In this document: positions 1-8,564 of the stretch, in pieces | How positions within the stretch are numbered: the stretch's first letter is position 1 | Layout: each line of letters opens with the position of its first letter | Assembly (NCBI GenBank): GCA_050248855.1 | Contig: JBFWRP010000009.1 | Span: 64,001-128,000 of the forward strand | DNA: 64,000 nt | Direction: 5' to 3' | Source: Planctomycetota bacterium | GTDB taxonomy: Bacteria > Planctomycetota > PLA2 > JAEUHO01 | Program-made: the position numbers and the translations under genes | Notes under the pieces: generated by a model | What the model saw: only the letters and a program-made list of their open reading frames with translations | Databases searched by the model: none | Told to the model about the DNA's origin: nothing

Positions 1-771
1 GATGGCGGCGACGACGCACGGTTGCGGCGTGACCAGGGCACCCTGCTGGACGCGCGTTCACGGGTGGAGGAGGCGATCGCCCGGAGCCACGCCGAGCAGC
101 GTGAGCTGGAGCAGAAGCTGGATGTCCTCCGTGGTCCTGGTTCGGAAGAGCGGCGCAAGGCGATCGAGGCCCTGAACGACACGCTCGTCACCCACGTGCG
201 GACGGGACCCATGGTCCGAAGGTTACCGGGCCCCGTCCTGTTTCGAGTCCAGGGAGATACCGGCACGTTCGTGTCGGTCGACCAGGCGGCTGCGGACGCG
301 GTAGCCGAGCTCAAACGCCGCGCGGCGGCCATCGAGCGCCAGCGCGCCGACCTTGATGTCCGCGTGGCTCGTATCGCCGACCTGGCCGGGCGTCTGGAAG
401 CCGACGAGCACGACAAGCGCGCGTCGCTCGACAAGGAGATCGACCGCATCACGCGCACGCAGGACGAGCTGAAGGTGATGGCGGAAAGCCTGGCGGTCCG
501 CAAGACCCAGCTCGAGTCGGCCCTGGCCGAGAAGCGCTACGACGAGCTTCGCCAGCACATCGCCAAGCTCGATGCGGAAGCGCGGGAGCGCGAGGCCTCG
601 CGCTCGGCGCGCCGGCCCCAGGCCAACACGTCCCAGCGCAACCCGGAGGAGCGCGCGGGGCTCTTGGACGAGGTCCGTGCCCTGCGCGCGGAGGTGCGCG
701 AGGTGAAGGCCTTGGTCCTCAAGCTGCTGGAGCAGGACGCCGCGGAGGCTGACGCCCGCAGCGCCCGCTGA
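1..771 (+). CDS. Coiled-coil hypothetical protein, 5'-truncated by window edge
   Basis: Frame open from base 1 to TGA at 769-771. Heptad-rich E/R/L/A sequence ending in a short coiled coil (LLDEVRALRAEVREVKALV). Confidence 0.7.
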   Translation, partial: DGGDDARLRRDQGTLLDARSRVEEAIARSHAEQRELEQKLDVLRGPGSEERRKAIEALNDTLVTHVRTGPMVRRLPGPVLFRVQGDTGTFVSVDQAAADAVAELKRRAAAIERQRADLDVRVARIADLAGRLEADEHDKRASLDKEIDRITRTQDELKVMAESLAVRKTQLESALAEKRYDELRQHIAKLDAEAREREASRSARRPQANTSQRNPEERAGLLDEVRALRAEVREVKALVLKLLEQDAAEADARSAR

Positions 772-780
772 CGAGGCGCG

Positions 781-2655
781 TCAGTCGATCCGAACGATGC
801 GCCAGCCCTTCTCGCCGCCGTCCGCCATGCGGTAGCGGTGCCCGCCGTAGACGGGGAGGGTGGCGAACGTGATCGAGCCGTCGGGCTCGCGGATCACGCG
901 CATCGTCAAGAAGATCTGCATCAACAGATCGTCGCAGTCGCCCGTGGTGCGGTGCTTGGAGCGGCTCTCGAACTCCTGGATCCAGCCGTCGCGTACTGTC
1001 TCGAGCGGCGTGTCCGCGGGCCAATGACCGGCCTCGATCTCGTAGGCGCGCAGCGCCTCCCAGTCGATGGCGACCTCCAGCAGGTCGCGGCGCGGGAGGT
1101 GGTAGCCACGGCCGAAGCGGATGAAGGCCTGCCACGCATTGGTCGGCGTGCCCTCGATCGCGTCGTACCAGTCCGGCGCCGGACCGCCCTCGCCCTTGGG
1201 CACGATGCCCGAGCGCGGCAGCAGGCCATCGGCCCCCAGCAGGGATCCGTCCTCGGCGCGAAGGCGATAGACCGTCTCGAAGCCTAGGCGCGAGCGCACG
1301 CGCACCGTCCGCACGCCGTCGTCGGCCGTGCTGACGTCGACGGTGAGGTCGGCCTCGCCCGTGGCCACCGCGCCGGAGCCCGCCTTGGGCGCGCGCGCGA
1401 ACCGCGGGTCGAAGCCGGGCAGGACCCAGTGTGCCGATCCCGAGGCCGGCGTGGCATCCCGGGCCAGGAGGAGCACGGCGAGCGTGCCCATGGTCGCGTC
1501 CGCGCGCACGGCGCCGTCCATCGTGACGGGCGGGCGCCCCTCCATCTCGTGCGAGATGTGCATCACCTCGCCGCTGCGCTCGAACTTGGAGCTGCCGCTC
1601 TCCGACGGCGAGGTGTGGCTTCGGCTACCGCGCAGCACCGTGAGGTCTTGGGCCAGGCGACACGTCAGCTCGCTGCGGACCACGGCGTCCCCGCCGGCGC
1701 GTTCGGTGACTTCGCGGACGTCCCAGGCCGGCTCGCCGCCCTCGCTGGCCGGCGTGGCCTCGAACAGCACGCTGCCGATCGTGGCGCCGTCGAGCACGAG
1801 GTCGCCTTCGAAGCGCCAGGCCTTGGCCGGGGCGTCCAGGCAGGCGCGGGCCGCCCGCGCCGCCTCGGCAGCGCGGTCCCGCAGCGACTGGGCAAGACCC
1901 TCGGGGTCCTCGAGGACGAGGGCCTCCCCGTCACCGCGGGTCACATCCAGGCCGAGCCCGACGATCTCGAAGGCCTCGAGCGTGCCGTCGGCGCCGAACG
2001 CGAAGCGCAGCGTGCGCTGGCCCCGCGTGATGCTGAGCGTCTCGAGCTCGCGCACCTCCTCGCCCTGCCGCCAGCGCACCGCGCCATGCGACTCGACGTG
2101 GAGCGGGGCGACGTACGGGTCGCCGGGCGCGGGGTCCGGATCGAAGTCCGCGATGGCCTTGCCATCCGCGCCGTCACCCTGTGCGCGCAACCAGAGCAGC
2201 AGGCCCGGGGTAGTCGCCAGCGCGGGCCCCACGCTCTCGGGCTCCAAGTGGTTCTCGTACTCGGGCGTCTGGTGCTCCAGGACGAAGTCCTTCTCGCGCT
2301 TGGTCCACTGCGCGGCGAGGAAGCCGCCCTCGTTGCTGCGGCGGTAGCTGCCCGCCAGCGCGTGGCCGTGCGCATCGAGCCACGCTTCGCTCTGCTGCGC
2401 GTCCATCTGGGGCTGGGTCGGCTCGAGCTTCTCCATCACGCGCCACGCTGCACCCTCGGGGGCGCCTGCGAGGGGCCCCTTGCCGGTGGGCACGGCGAGC
2501 AGGCGCAGTCGCGCCACGGGCTTGCCCAGGTGGCGCACGGTGCCGGTCCAGGTGAAGCCTTGGGCCGGGGCCGCCGCTTCTTCGGCGGTCACGGGGGCGG
2601 CGGCGCCTGCCACGGCAAGCAGGGCGACGACGGCGAGGTGGCGCGGCCAGGACAT
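781..2655 (-). CDS. Secreted hypothetical protein, paralog of 2663-3949
   Basis: ATG at 2655 gives a signal peptide (MSWPRHLAVVALLAVAGAAA). C-terminal half aligns by eye with the neighbouring gene. Confidence 0.75.
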   Translation of the reverse strand: MSWPRHLAVVALLAVAGAAAPVTAEEAAAPAQGFTWTGTVRHLGKPVARLRLLAVPTGKGPLAGAPEGAAWRVMEKLEPTQPQMDAQQSEAWLDAHGHALAGSYRRSNEGGFLAAQWTKREKDFVLEHQTPEYENHLEPESVGPALATTPGLLLWLRAQGDGADGKAIADFDPDPAPGDPYVAPLHVESHGAVRWRQGEEVRELETLSITRGQRTLRFAFGADGTLEAFEIVGLGLDVTRGDGEALVLEDPEGLAQSLRDRAAEAARAARACLDAPAKAWRFEGDLVLDGATIGSVLFEATPASEGGEPAWDVREVTERAGGDAVVRSELTCRLAQDLTVLRGSRSHTSPSESGSSKFERSGEVMHISHEMEGRPPVTMDGAVRADATMGTLAVLLLARDATPASGSAHWVLPGFDPRFARAPKAGSGAVATGEADLTVDVSTADDGVRTVRVRSRLGFETVYRLRAEDGSLLGADGLLPRSGIVPKGEGGPAPDWYDAIEGTPTNAWQAFIRFGRGYHLPRRDLLEVAIDWEALRAYEIEAGHWPADTPLETVRDGWIQEFESRSKHRTTGDCDDLLMQIFLTMRVIREPDGSITFATLPVYGGHRYRMADGGEKGWRIVRID

Positions 2656-2662
2656 CGGCGGC

Positions 2663-3949
2663 CTACCGCTTCGGCGCCGGGAGGCGGTCCAGGAACCACT
2701 TCCCGTCGTAGCGACCGACATGCAGGCGCAGCGACTGGAACGTCTCGGGGAACGCGACGGTCGCGCCGTCCTCGCTGCCCTCGTCCATCTCCAGGGCGAC
2801 GCTGTCACGCACCATCATCAGACCCATCTGGACCATGTCCCGGTCGTTCTTGGGCAGCGACTGGCGCCAGGTCGCGAGCAGGCGCAGCCGCAGCTGCTCC
2901 ACGGTGGGCGGGTTCTTGCCGTCGACGGCCGGAGCGGCCTCGACCAGTGCAGCGTGGATGGACGGCCAGTGCATCAGCGAGTCCAGGAGGTCCACGTCAC
3001 CGGTGCCGTACGCCAAGGCCCAGTCGAGACCGGCCTGGAGAGCGTCATCGCGGCCACGGGGCAGGGCCGGCTTGTCCGCGTCCGCACGGGCGGGCGCCTG
3101 CCCCTCCCGCACCATCAAGACGAAGGGCTTGGACTTGGAGCCGAGCTTGGCGCCGCGGAGCGCCTTCGTCTCCTTGTCGAACCACATCACCAAGGTGTCG
3201 TCGTCACCCCGCTTCGACTCCACCGCGTAGGCGGGCTGCCCCTCTTGGCGACCGTTGACGTCGAGCACGTACGAGGCGGTCTGGAAGCGCTCCTCCTCGT
3301 CGGGCCCGTGCAGCGCGAGCCCCGCGTGAAGCACGCCGTTGCCCTCGGGGATCGTCAGGCGCTGGAGCAGCACGAACGCACCCAGCGTCGGCACGAGCGG
3401 CCCCTCGACCTGGACGTCGCGCGGTTCACCGCGTTCCTCCCCGGCGATCGGCACGAACCGCAGCTGACCCGCCGGCGCGCCCGGCACGATCTCCATGCGG
3501 TGGTCGACCCCGTCGGGGTCGTGCTGGTGCCAGCGGCCGCGGAGCGGCATCAGGTGGCGGTCCAGGACGACCTCCGCCTCGTGGCGCATCTCTTCTGCAC
3601 CGGCGACCGTGAAGTCGACCGTGAACAGCTCGCGCACGCGCCAGCGCGGAGCGCCGCCCTCTTCGATGACGTCGACCGTGATCTCGAAGACGCCGCGCGG
3701 CGCGGGCTCGATCGGTGCGCCGCTCATCTCGGTCCAACCGCGGAACGAGAACGCCCCGGTGGCGGAGGGCTCGGGCAAGGCGGCCAAGCGGGCGGCAAGT
3801 GCGGCCCTGGCATCCGCGGTGGCGGGGGGGGCTTCGTCCTCCACGGGGGCGCCCGTCGTGGGCGGGTCCTCCGCGTGGACCGGGGCGCCGCCGAGGACGC
3901 CGACAAGGACCAGGAGTGCCAGGACGAGCAGGCTCGGGACGTTCTTCAT
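2663..3949 (-). CDS. Secreted hypothetical protein
   Basis: ATG at 3949 gives a signal peptide (MKNVPSLLVLALLVLVGVLGGAPVHA). CAGGAT lies 6 nt upstream. Confidence 0.75.
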   Translation of the reverse strand: MKNVPSLLVLALLVLVGVLGGAPVHAEDPPTTGAPVEDEAPPATADARAALAARLAALPEPSATGAFSFRGWTEMSGAPIEPAPRGVFEITVDVIEEGGAPRWRVRELFTVDFTVAGAEEMRHEAEVVLDRHLMPLRGRWHQHDPDGVDHRMEIVPGAPAGQLRFVPIAGEERGEPRDVQVEGPLVPTLGAFVLLQRLTIPEGNGVLHAGLALHGPDEEERFQTASYVLDVNGRQEGQPAYAVESKRGDDDTLVMWFDKETKALRGAKLGSKSKPFVLMVREGQAPARADADKPALPRGRDDALQAGLDWALAYGTGDVDLLDSLMHWPSIHAALVEAAPAVDGKNPPTVEQLRLRLLATWRQSLPKNDRDMVQMGLMMVRDSVALEMDEGSEDGATVAFPETFQSLRLHVGRYDGKWFLDRLPAPKR

Positions 3950-4172
3950 GGCGGCATCCTGCCACGGGCCAGCGAGCCTCCCCCGCCACGGCGCGGGACG
4001 GCGGCCCCCGCTCCCGAATGGGTCCTTGGTCCCTGGTCGCCGAGACGCCCGCCCCTTCGGGGCGAGGGCCCACCGCTCGGTGACCGGGCCGGGGGTGGAT
4101 GCCGCCAAGGTGAGGACGGGCCGGGGGAGCGGGTAGGGTGCCCGGCCCCGTCAGGAGGAATCCGCCCCCGCC

Positions 4173-6893
4173 ATGGCCGCTGCCCGATCCAAGAAGCCCG
4201 CCGGCAAGCCGCTCGTGATCGTCGAGTCGCCGGCGAAGGCCAAGACGATCTCCCGCTTCCTGGGTGGTGAGTACGAGGTGCAGGCTTCGATCGGCCACGT
4301 ACGCGACCTGCCCGAGCGGGGCGGGAAGCTCCCGGAGAAGTGGAAGGGTCACCCCCGCGCCCGGCTCGGCGTCGACATCGAGAACGACTTCGAGCCCATG
4401 TACGTCGTCCCGGACGACAAGAAGGACCAGATCCGGGCCTTGAAGCGACTGCTGGCCGATGCGCCGGCGCTCTGGCTCGCCACCGACGAGGACCGCGAGG
4501 GGGAGTCGATCTCCTGGCACCTGTTGGAAGTGCTCGACCCGAAGGTCCCCGTCCATCGCCTCGTCTTCCACGAGATCACGAAGTCGGCGATCGAGAAGGC
4601 GCTGACCTCGCCGCGTGACATCGACCTGCATCTCGTGAAGGCGCAGGAAGCGCGACGCATCCTGGACCGCTTGGTCGGCTACGAGGTGTCGCCCGTGCTG
4701 TGGCGGCGCATCAAGCCGCGCTTGAGCGCCGGACGCGTGCAGAGCGTCGCGCTGCGCCTTCTCGTCGAGCGCGAGCAAGAGCGCATCGCGTTCCACTCCG
4801 CGGAGTTCTGGGACCTGGCCGGCCGTTTCGCGCCGGTGGGCAAGAAGGCCGACGCCTTCGAGGCGCAGCTCGTCGAGGTCGCGGGCAAGCGGGTCGCAAG
4901 CGGCCGCGACTTCGACCCGGCGACGGGCCGCCTGGGCACCGACGCCCGCGATGTGACGTGGCTCGATGCGCAGGCCGCCCAGGCGCTGCACGCGGCGCTG
5001 GCCAGCAAGACCGCGAAGGTGCTGGACGTCGAGGAGAAGCCCCTCTCGCAGCGCCCCGCGGCGCCGTTCACCACGAGCACCCTGCAGCAGGAAGCGGGTC
5101 GCAAGCTGCGCTTCGCCTCCAAGCGCACGATGCAAGTCGCGCAGCGCCTCTACGAGAACGGCTGGATCACGTACATGCGTACGGACTCCACCGAGCTCAG
5201 CAGCGAAGCGCTCGGGGCCGCACGCAGCCTCATCGCGCGCCAGTACGGCAACGAGTTCCTGCCCACCGAGCCGCGCACCTGGCGCACCAAGGTGAAGAAC
5301 GCCCAGGAGGCGCACGAGGCCATCCGTCCTGCGGGCTCCTCGTTCGCCACGATCGACGCCGTCCGCAAGGCGCTCGATCGCGACGCCGCCGCGCTGTACG
5401 AGCTGATCTGGAAGCGCACCGTGGCCTCGCAGATGCCCGACGCCCGCGGTCGTCGCGTCACCGTCCGCGTCGGGATCGGCGACGCCGTGTTCCGGGCCTC
5501 CGGCAAGATCATCGACTTCCCCGGTTTCATGCGCGCGTACGTCGAAGGCTCGGACGACCCGCAGGCAGAGCTGGCCGAAGCCGAGCACATCCTCCCGCCC
5601 GTCCAGGCCGGGCAGACGCTGGACGTGCTCGACCTCGAGGCCAAGCAGCACCAGACGCAGGCCCCGGCGCGCTACACGGAAGCCAGCTTGGTCAAGGAGC
5701 TCGACGAGCGCGGCATCGGCCGCCCGTCCACGTGGTCCAGCATCATCGGCGTGCTGCTGGAGCGCTCGTACGCGTTCAAGAAGGGCACGGCCCTGGTCCC
5801 CACCTACACGGCCTTTGCCGTGATCCGCTTGCTCAAGCGCCACTTCAGCCCCCTGTGCGACTACGACTTCACGGCGCACATGGAAGATGACCTCGACGAG
5901 ATCTCGCTCGGGCGCGCGGAGAGCCGCGAGTACCTGCGCCGCTTCTGGGCCGGCAACGGCCAGCCGGGTCTGGAGACGCTGGTCGAGAAGGGCATGGCGG
6001 AGGCGGATCCGCGCGAGCTCTGCGGGTTCACGCTCGGAACCACCGACGACGGCCGCACGATCGAAGTCCGCGTCGGCAAGTACGGCTTGTTCCTGACCGA
6101 CGGCGAGGTCCGCGCTTCGGTCGACGACGAGGTCGTGCCCGACGAGCTGGGTCTGGCGAAGGCTCTCGAGCTCCTGGCCGAGGCCGCGCGTGGCCCCCAG
6201 GCCCTGGGGGACGACCCGGAGACCGGCCGCCCGGTGTTCCTGCTCACGGGTCGCTACGGCCCCTACGTCCAGCTGGGCGACCAGCAGGAGGACGAGGACC
6301 TCAAGCGCGTCAGCCTGCTGGACGGGATGGATCCCGAGCAGGTCGACCTCGACCTCGCGCTGCGCCTCCTGGGACTACCCCGCGACCTGGGGCCCAGCCC
6401 GGACGACCCAAGCGGCGAGCACGTGATGGCGCGTGTCGGCCGCTACGGCCCGTACGTGACGTGCGGCAAGGAGAGCCGCTCGCTGCCCCGCGGCGCCAGC
6501 CCCCTCGAGGTGACGCTGGGCGAGGCCCTCGAGCTGTTGCGCCAGCCGCGCCGCGGGCGCGGCCAGCAGGCCCCGGCCGCACCGCTTCGCGAGCTTGGCG
6601 CGCATCCCCAGAGCGGGCTGACGCTGAAGATCCTGGACGGGCGCTACGGCCCGTACGTCACCGACGGCACCGTGAACGCCAGCCTCCCCAAGGGGACCGC
6701 GCCGGAGTCCCTCACGATGGAGGAGGCCGTCGACCTGCTGGCCAAGCGCGCAGCGCGGCTGGCCGCGGGCGGCGGTCGGGGACGTGGCAAGAAGCCCGCC
6801 AAGAAGAAGGCCGCGAAGAAGAAGAGCGCCACGAAGAAGGCGGCCAAGAAGAAGGCCGCGCCCCGGAAGAAGGCCGCAAGGAAGAAGGCCTGA
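4173..6893 (+). CDS. topA: DNA topoisomerase I with C-terminal GRYGPYV-type repeats and Lys-rich tail
   Basis: IVESPAKAKTI, ATDEDREGE, SAGRVQS, ITYMRTDS (catalytic Tyr), AQEAHEAIRP. Four G(R/K)YG repeats and a KKAAKKK tail. AGGAGG upstream. Confidence 0.97.
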   Translation: MAAARSKKPAGKPLVIVESPAKAKTISRFLGGEYEVQASIGHVRDLPERGGKLPEKWKGHPRARLGVDIENDFEPMYVVPDDKKDQIRALKRLLADAPALWLATDEDREGESISWHLLEVLDPKVPVHRLVFHEITKSAIEKALTSPRDIDLHLVKAQEARRILDRLVGYEVSPVLWRRIKPRLSAGRVQSVALRLLVEREQERIAFHSAEFWDLAGRFAPVGKKADAFEAQLVEVAGKRVASGRDFDPATGRLGTDARDVTWLDAQAAQALHAALASKTAKVLDVEEKPLSQRPAAPFTTSTLQQEAGRKLRFASKRTMQVAQRLYENGWITYMRTDSTELSSEALGAARSLIARQYGNEFLPTEPRTWRTKVKNAQEAHEAIRPAGSSFATIDAVRKALDRDAAALYELIWKRTVASQMPDARGRRVTVRVGIGDAVFRASGKIIDFPGFMRAYVEGSDDPQAELAEAEHILPPVQAGQTLDVLDLEAKQHQTQAPARYTEASLVKELDERGIGRPSTWSSIIGVLLERSYAFKKGTALVPTYTAFAVIRLLKRHFSPLCDYDFTAHMEDDLDEISLGRAESREYLRRFWAGNGQPGLETLVEKGMAEADPRELCGFTLGTTDDGRTIEVRVGKYGLFLTDGEVRASVDDEVVPDELGLAKALELLAEAARGPQALGDDPETGRPVFLLTGRYGPYVQLGDQQEDEDLKRVSLLDGMDPEQVDLDLALRLLGLPRDLGPSPDDPSGEHVMARVGRYGPYVTCGKESRSLPRGASPLEVTLGEALELLRQPRRGRGQQAPAAPLRELGAHPQSGLTLKILDGRYGPYVTDGTVNASLPKGTAPESLTMEEAVDLLAKRAARLAAGGGRGRGKKPAKKKAAKKKSATKKAAKKKAAPRKKAARKKA

Positions 6894-6992
6894 ACGCCCG
6901 CGCACGGGTCATTCCTACCGGGCGTTGGGCGGCGGGGGCTACCGTACCGCCGCCCGGCAGCCGAGGGGCTCGGCGGGGCGGGAGCGCGGACG

Positions 6993-8048
6993 ATGAAGAT
7001 CGAGACGATTGCCCGGGAAGGCTACGAGCACATCGCGCGCTGCGAGGACCCCGAGAGCGGCCTTCGCGCCCTCATCTCGATCCACGACACGACGCTCGGT
7101 CCTGCGCTCGGCGGCATGCGCATGTGGCCCTACGCCTCGTGGGACGACGCGCTGTTCGACGTGCTGCGCCTCTCCAAGGGCATGACCTACAAGTCGGCCG
7201 TGGCCGACACGGGCCTGGGCGGCGGCAAGAGCGTCATCCTCGGCAACCCCAAGACCGACAAGTCCGCCAAGCTCTTCGAGGCCATGGGCTCGTTCGTGGA
7301 CTCCATGGGCGGCCGGTACATCACGGCCGAGGACGTCGGCACCTCCGTCGAGGACATGGTCATCCTCAAGCGCAAGACCAAATGGGTCACGGGCTTGCCG
7401 CACGAGATGGGCTCCAGCGGCGACCCCTCGCCCTGGACGGCGCTCGGCGTGTTCCGCGGCATGAAGGCCTGCCTCGAGGAGGTCTTCGGCAGCGGGGACT
7501 TCAAGGGCAAGACGGTCGCGATCCAGGGCTGCGGCCACGTCGGCCTGTACCTGGCGCGCCACCTGCACGAGGCGGGCGCCAAGCTGCTCCTCGCCGACAT
7601 CAGCGAGGACCGCGCCAAGAGCATCGCCGACGAGACCGGCGGCCAAGTCATGGACCCCGCGGAGATCCTCTTCGCGGAGTGCGACATCCTTGCGCCCTGC
7701 GCGCTCGGCGCCGTGCTCAACGACGACACGCTGCCCAAGCTGCACACCCCCATCATCGCGGGTGCGGCCAACAACGTGCTGCTGCGCGAAGAGCACGGCC
7801 TGAAGCTGAAGGAAGCCGGCGTCCTCTACGCACCCGACTACGTCATCAACGCCGGCGGCATCATCAACGTGTCGATCGAGGTCGAGCCCTCGGGCTACGA
7901 CGAGGCCCGTGCGCGCGCCAAGGTCGAGAACATCTACATCGCGCTCAAGCGCGTGTTCGAGATCGCCAAGGAGCAGGGCATCTCCACGAACGAGGCCAGC
8001 AACCGCCTCGCCGAAGAGCGCCTGCGCGCGGCGGCCGCGAAGGCGTAG
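6993..8048 (+). CDS. Leu/Phe/Val dehydrogenase
   Basis: HDTTLGPALGG, GMTYKSA, GGGKSVI, YITAEDVG, GDPSPWTA, IQGCGHVG, APDYVINAGG. Confidence 0.93.
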   Translation: MKIETIAREGYEHIARCEDPESGLRALISIHDTTLGPALGGMRMWPYASWDDALFDVLRLSKGMTYKSAVADTGLGGGKSVILGNPKTDKSAKLFEAMGSFVDSMGGRYITAEDVGTSVEDMVILKRKTKWVTGLPHEMGSSGDPSPWTALGVFRGMKACLEEVFGSGDFKGKTVAIQGCGHVGLYLARHLHEAGAKLLLADISEDRAKSIADETGGQVMDPAEILFAECDILAPCALGAVLNDDTLPKLHTPIIAGAANNVLLREEHGLKLKEAGVLYAPDYVINAGGIINVSIEVEPSGYDEARARAKVENIYIALKRVFEIAKEQGISTNEASNRLAEERLRAAAAKA

Positions 8049-8059
8049 GGCGGCGCCGC

Positions 8060-8515
8060 TCAGAGATGCCGTGACGGGTCGTCGCCGAGGCCTTCTTCGC
8101 CCGTGGCCTCGACGACGGCGGCGGACACGCGGCGGCCTTCGACGAGCAGCGTGATCCAGACGAGGCCCGTCCACAGCACGACGCCGAGGATGGCCACGCG
8201 ATCGTCGTCGAGCGGCCCACCGCGCCAGATGGCAACCAGCAGCGCCGCGGCGCACAGGCGTCCGCGCCAGACGCGCGAGCGGGCGCGCAGGCCCAGCGAA
8301 CCCAGCGAGGCGAAGACGGTCGACGCGGCAAGCGCCCCCAGCACGATCGTCCACGGCGTCGCGAGCTCGCCCGCCGCCGCGGCCCGCCCCACCTTCGCGA
8401 GCACGACGAGATGCGCCAGCACGTCGAGCACGAGCACGATCCGTGCGAACGGGCTCGCCGACAGGGCCCGCGCATGCGGATAGGACTTCACGCCAGGGCG
8501 GGCCATGGGCTGCAC
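8060..8515 (-). CDS. Small membrane protein (about 4 TM segments)
   Basis: Hydrophobic segments. TACCGT 6 nt upstream of GTG 8515 (alternative ATG 8506). Confidence 0.6.
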   Translation of the reverse strand: MQPMARPGVKSYPHARALSASPFARIVLVLDVLAHLVVLAKVGRAAAAGELATPWTIVLGALAASTVFASLGSLGLRARSRVWRGRLCAAALLVAIWRGGPLDDDRVAILGVVLWTGLVWITLLVEGRRVSAAVVEATGEEGLGDDPSRHL

Positions 8516-8564
8516 GGCGGCACGGTACGGGACGCCTGCGGTCACGGGCCCCTTTCGGCCCCGG

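Noticed and set aside
3426..5879. 817-aa ORF antisense to topA, and similar ORFs opposite lepA, ldh and etfA
   Set aside because: Typical antisense frames of conserved genes in a high-GC genome.
6781..6890. AAGAAGGCC-type repeats at the topA 3' end
   Set aside because: They encode the Lys/Ala-rich tail known from this TopA subtype, not an independent repeat.
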